From Tubiluchus corallicola (lineage: Eukaryota > Animalia > Priapulida): a stretch of 64,000 nt of DNA. The stretch's first letter is position 1; each line of letters opens with the position of its first letter. Positions 62,801 to 64,000 of this stretch are shown piece after piece. The DNA lies in the NCBI GenBank assembly GCA_030141605.1, contig JAQGDQ010001037.1:4457-68456 (forward strand). Reading direction: 5' to 3'. The notes under the pieces are model-generated. The model was not told the origin of the DNA. It saw nothing but the letters and a program-made list of their open reading frames with translations, and did not search any database. Made by a program: the position numbers and the translations under genes.

Positions 62801-62884
62801 GGGCCTGTGGAAGACCCAAAGCTCAAGAAAGAGGAACAGATGTTGCAGAAAATGGAGTCGGGGATGTCACAGATTTTCTTAAAG
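27051..62884 (+). CDS. ABLIM1: Actin-binding LIM protein (abLIM/UNC-115), spliced gene; 3' end (villin headpiece) beyond the window
   Basis: Four LIM zinc-finger domains assembled from phase-compatible exons, followed by RSPSMNNEEPIALAHFPGA...PKIERDDWPAPP, which resembles invertebrate UNC-115/abLIM. Confidence 0.93.
28636..29949. repeat. Long inverted repeat: arms about 28636-29090 and 29515-29949
   Basis: Mirror ORFs 28641-28853(+) and 29732-29944(-) are nearly identical; the (GAT)n-rich part is mirrored as (ATC)n. Confidence 0.93.
30577..30665. repeat. (CA)n-(TA)n compound microsatellite
   Basis: Direct reading. Confidence 0.95.
31060..31120 (+). mobile_element. tRNA-derived SINE-like head
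   Basis: A-box-like tgatgtaatggttag and B-box ggttcgaatccc; no complete cloverleaf seen. Confidence 0.45.
31557..32232 (+). mobile_element. Kolobok-like non-autonomous element of about 670 bp, copy 1
   Basis: aaggggtacctgaagtaggtttcagaaaaatcgccttaa core; ends at ttaa. Confidence 0.8.
32570..32990. repeat. Interspersed repeat with an internal tandem duplication of about 137 bp; inverted copy at about 45590-45840
   Basis: tattacatcattta...gtcgtacactcacctc.cactactcaaat occurs twice. Confidence 0.75.
34170..34680 (-). mobile_element. LINE 3' fragment
   Basis: Minus strand translates KTELHYLFTCPLYKDIRQKY (typical LINE ORF2 tail) and ends in aataaaattgaattgaactgaa. Confidence 0.6.
34780..35272. 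repeat. Three tandem units of about 165 bp
   Basis: acctagactcgaa...cttcatcagttgctcattctatgacagctagttcc...ttacttgcccctttgccc occurs three times. Confidence 0.9.
35872..36378. mobile_element. MITE with long terminal inverted repeats and subterminal repeats
   Basis: gtataggttttacacgtcaaatgtagac ... gtctacatttgacgtgtaaaacctatac. Confidence 0.85.
37680..38427. repeat. Minisatellite, about 41-42 bp unit (tgctgtgaattactggctaatggcaaaatccgtactttttg)
   Basis: Tandem units. Confidence 0.95.
41140..41510. repeat. Minisatellite, 40 bp unit (agcagcaggaggcggatctgagagaaggggtgctgtgcgt)
   Basis: Tandem units. Confidence 0.93.
43585..43680 (+). CDS. ABLIM1: abLIM exon, LIM1 first half (KVPCASCKKKCKGEVLKVQDKHFHLDCFKCK)
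   Basis: tttcag| ... C|gtatgc, 96 nt, phase 1 to 1. Confidence 0.95.
43765..44210. repeat. Degenerate (CCCTAA/TCCTAA)n telomere-like satellite
   Basis: Hexamer periodicity ccctaa/cctaat/cctaac. Confidence 0.9.
45197..45380 (+). CDS. ABLIM1: abLIM exon, LIM1 end/LIM2 start (CKKSLASGGFF...RTYHQGCLLCTFC)
   Basis: attag| ... GT|gtatgt, phase 1 to 2. Confidence 0.93.
48436..48557 (+). CDS. ABLIM1: abLIM exon, LIM2 end and Pro-rich linker (NPFPPGEKVTFKDGKSICQNC...PKGA)
   Basis: tttcag| ... A|gtaagt, phase 2 to 1. Confidence 0.92.
49029..49704 (-). mobile_element. Kolobok-like element, copy 2
   Basis: Reverse complement of the 31557 copy; TTAA at both ends. Confidence 0.8.
49830..50330. repeat. 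Minisatellite, 23 bp unit (ctacacgtaacttacaacacaaa)
   Basis: Tandem units with alternating variants. Confidence 0.92.
50829..53481. repeat. Long inverted duplication: arms about 50829-51608 and 52641-53481
   Basis: Mirror ORFs 50843-51064(+) and 53247-53471(-); the inner ends are also reverse complements. Confidence 0.93.
51875..52544 (-). mobile_element. Kolobok-like element, copy 3
   Basis: ttaa-agcacaagaaaa ... cttcaggtatcct-ttaa. Confidence 0.8.
53679..53805 (+). CDS. ABLIM1: abLIM exon, LIM3 (CAGCQKTLQDGHAVLALDKHWHENCFKCETCGQVLQGEYMG)
   Basis: ctttag| ... AG|gtgaga, phase 1 to 2. Confidence 0.95.
54544..54725 (+). CDS. ABLIM1: abLIM exon, LIM3 end/LIM4 ([21 protein letters not shown]...HFHPECSRCARC...EMFLQ)
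   Basis: ttatag| ... G|gtaatt, phase 2 to 1. Confidence 0.95.
55618..55661 (+). CDS. ABLIM1: abLIM small exon, LIM4 end (GSEIWHPQCTAAKKE)
   Basis: ttttag| ... GAG|gtacgt, 44 nt; IWHPxC closes LIM4. Confidence 0.9.
56685..56759 (+). CDS. ABLIM1: abLIM candidate cassette exon (HTPGSRSSQRSFSRASGSYSSMGRK)
   Basis: tttcacag| ... AAG|gtttgt, 75 nt, phase 0 to 0, GC-rich island in an AT-rich intron. Confidence 0.7.
57130..57945. repeat. Minisatellite, 43-44 bp unit (gagagtttgcaaaaacttaccgacagtaactcgcagtaactgtc)
   Basis: Tandem units. Confidence 0.95.
59225..59393 (+). CDS. ABLIM1: abLIM exon (HSLPHEPGKYEPKF...PISPKPPKSPHFYRP)
   Basis: ttccag| ... G|gtgtgt, phase 0 to 1; PPKSPHF.RP motif. Confidence 0.88.
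59904..59978 (+). CDS. ABLIM1: abLIM exon (KLNFGSKGIYAKLSGAPRTGMAVL)
   Basis: tttcag| ... G|gtatgt, 75 nt, phase 1 to 1. Confidence 0.75.
60198..60877 (+). mobile_element. Kolobok-like element, copy 4
   Basis: ttaa-aggacaagaaaa ... ttttcttgtgctt-ttaa: short imperfect terminal inverted repeats plus TTAA duplication. Confidence 0.82.
62589..62884 (+). CDS. ABLIM1: abLIM exon (DSCKEAVPRARSPSMNNEEPIALAHFPG...ESGMSQIFLK)
   Basis: tttcag| ... AAG|gtagcg, phase 1 to 0. Confidence 0.92.
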
Positions 62885-64000
62885 GTAGCGTGACGATCAC
62901 TCTTTTAATATAAACTCTGGAATTCTGGTCCTTGGCTTGAAGCAGGGATGAGAATTTTCTGCGGATATGCAGAATTCCTAGTTTTTGGAAGACCAGTAGT
63001 GCCATTTTTGTAAATCGCATAAATTCGTTGAGAAAAATTTTACGGACCCAGTACATTATTTCACAAGCTGACTGCTAGGTGGCAGGCCGTCACTTTGTTT
63101 ACATCCCGTACATCAGTGTAACCACGTGTATATCTCCATGTATAAAAATATAGAGTCAGTTGTTCAGAGTTGAGTAAATTGCAGACAGTTTTTATATACT
63201 TTCGCATAGGAGTGGCCAGTACTTAGCCGTTTTTGAGACAATTAGGTATCATGTATCCTTGATAGTTGGGTATTTTAAATTATGCATGAAACAAGGTAAT
63301 TGATATTTTAAGTCCACTTAGAGGCTCTCTATGGTCACAAAATTGCAATTTGTTGCTGCCTACGCGACTTCAAACCCCCGGCCTGTTTCAGAGTTTTGTT
63401 GCAATTTGTCATTCTCATCCCAGGTTTGGAGGTTTACGAACCATCGTGCTGCCGTTTTATATCTAATTAGTTGTAATTAATTACCAGTTTGTATTATTTG
63501 TCAGCTTAATGGAGATCAGGGTTGAGTATTTCCTGTCAGAGGTTTGAACTCGAGTCAAACCTAATTTCAAAATTTTGAATCAGACTCAAATTCGAATTCA
63601 TTTTTAAAGATTTTCGTTTTTGAATCATTTGTTAATAAAAAGCGGTCTTGCAAAGATTGTGCATGTTGCTCGATTTTGTTATGCAGTAAAAAAACGAACG
63701 ATTTGTTTAAAAATTGTGCACAGAAATCGTGTGTAAACTGTGTTGATTGATTTAATGATAAAAATGTATGTGCTTCAAATGATGAAGTATTAATTTTTAT
63801 TATTAAAAATCTTTATTGAAAATTATTCAATAAGCCCTCTATTTGCAGGGCACAAAAGTACAAAAACGTTAAATAAGTCTTTACACTATGTACATTAAAT
63901 AAATTTCTTACTAAACAAGCTGACAATTTTGCATTACAATTTACTTATTCTAAATATATATCCAATATTTATAATCAATGTATAATCAATTTACTATAAG

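Overview
AT-rich, intron-rich animal (invertebrate-like) genomic DNA, not prokaryotic. Most ORFs in the supplied track are spurious. Two spliced genes lie head to head. (1) Minus strand, 24794 to 5431: a failed-axon-connections (FAX/FAXC, metaxin/GST-fold) gene. It has one set of 5' exons (E1-E3) but three intact versions of exon 4 and two intact copies of exons 5-6, which suggests mutually exclusive splicing plus an alternative 3' module. (2) Plus strand, about 27051 to beyond 62884: an abLIM/UNC-115 actin-binding LIM gene, with four LIM domains recovered exon by exon and the 3' end outside the window. Introns hold hAT-like and TTAA-flanked (Kolobok-like) MITEs, LINE 3' fragments, many minisatellites and several long inverted duplications. 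The most notable observation is the modular FAXC architecture, including a minisatellite that builds an array of Rbfox-type GCAUG motifs just downstream of exon 4A. All gene models were read by eye from splice signals, phase and translation; none has transcript support here.
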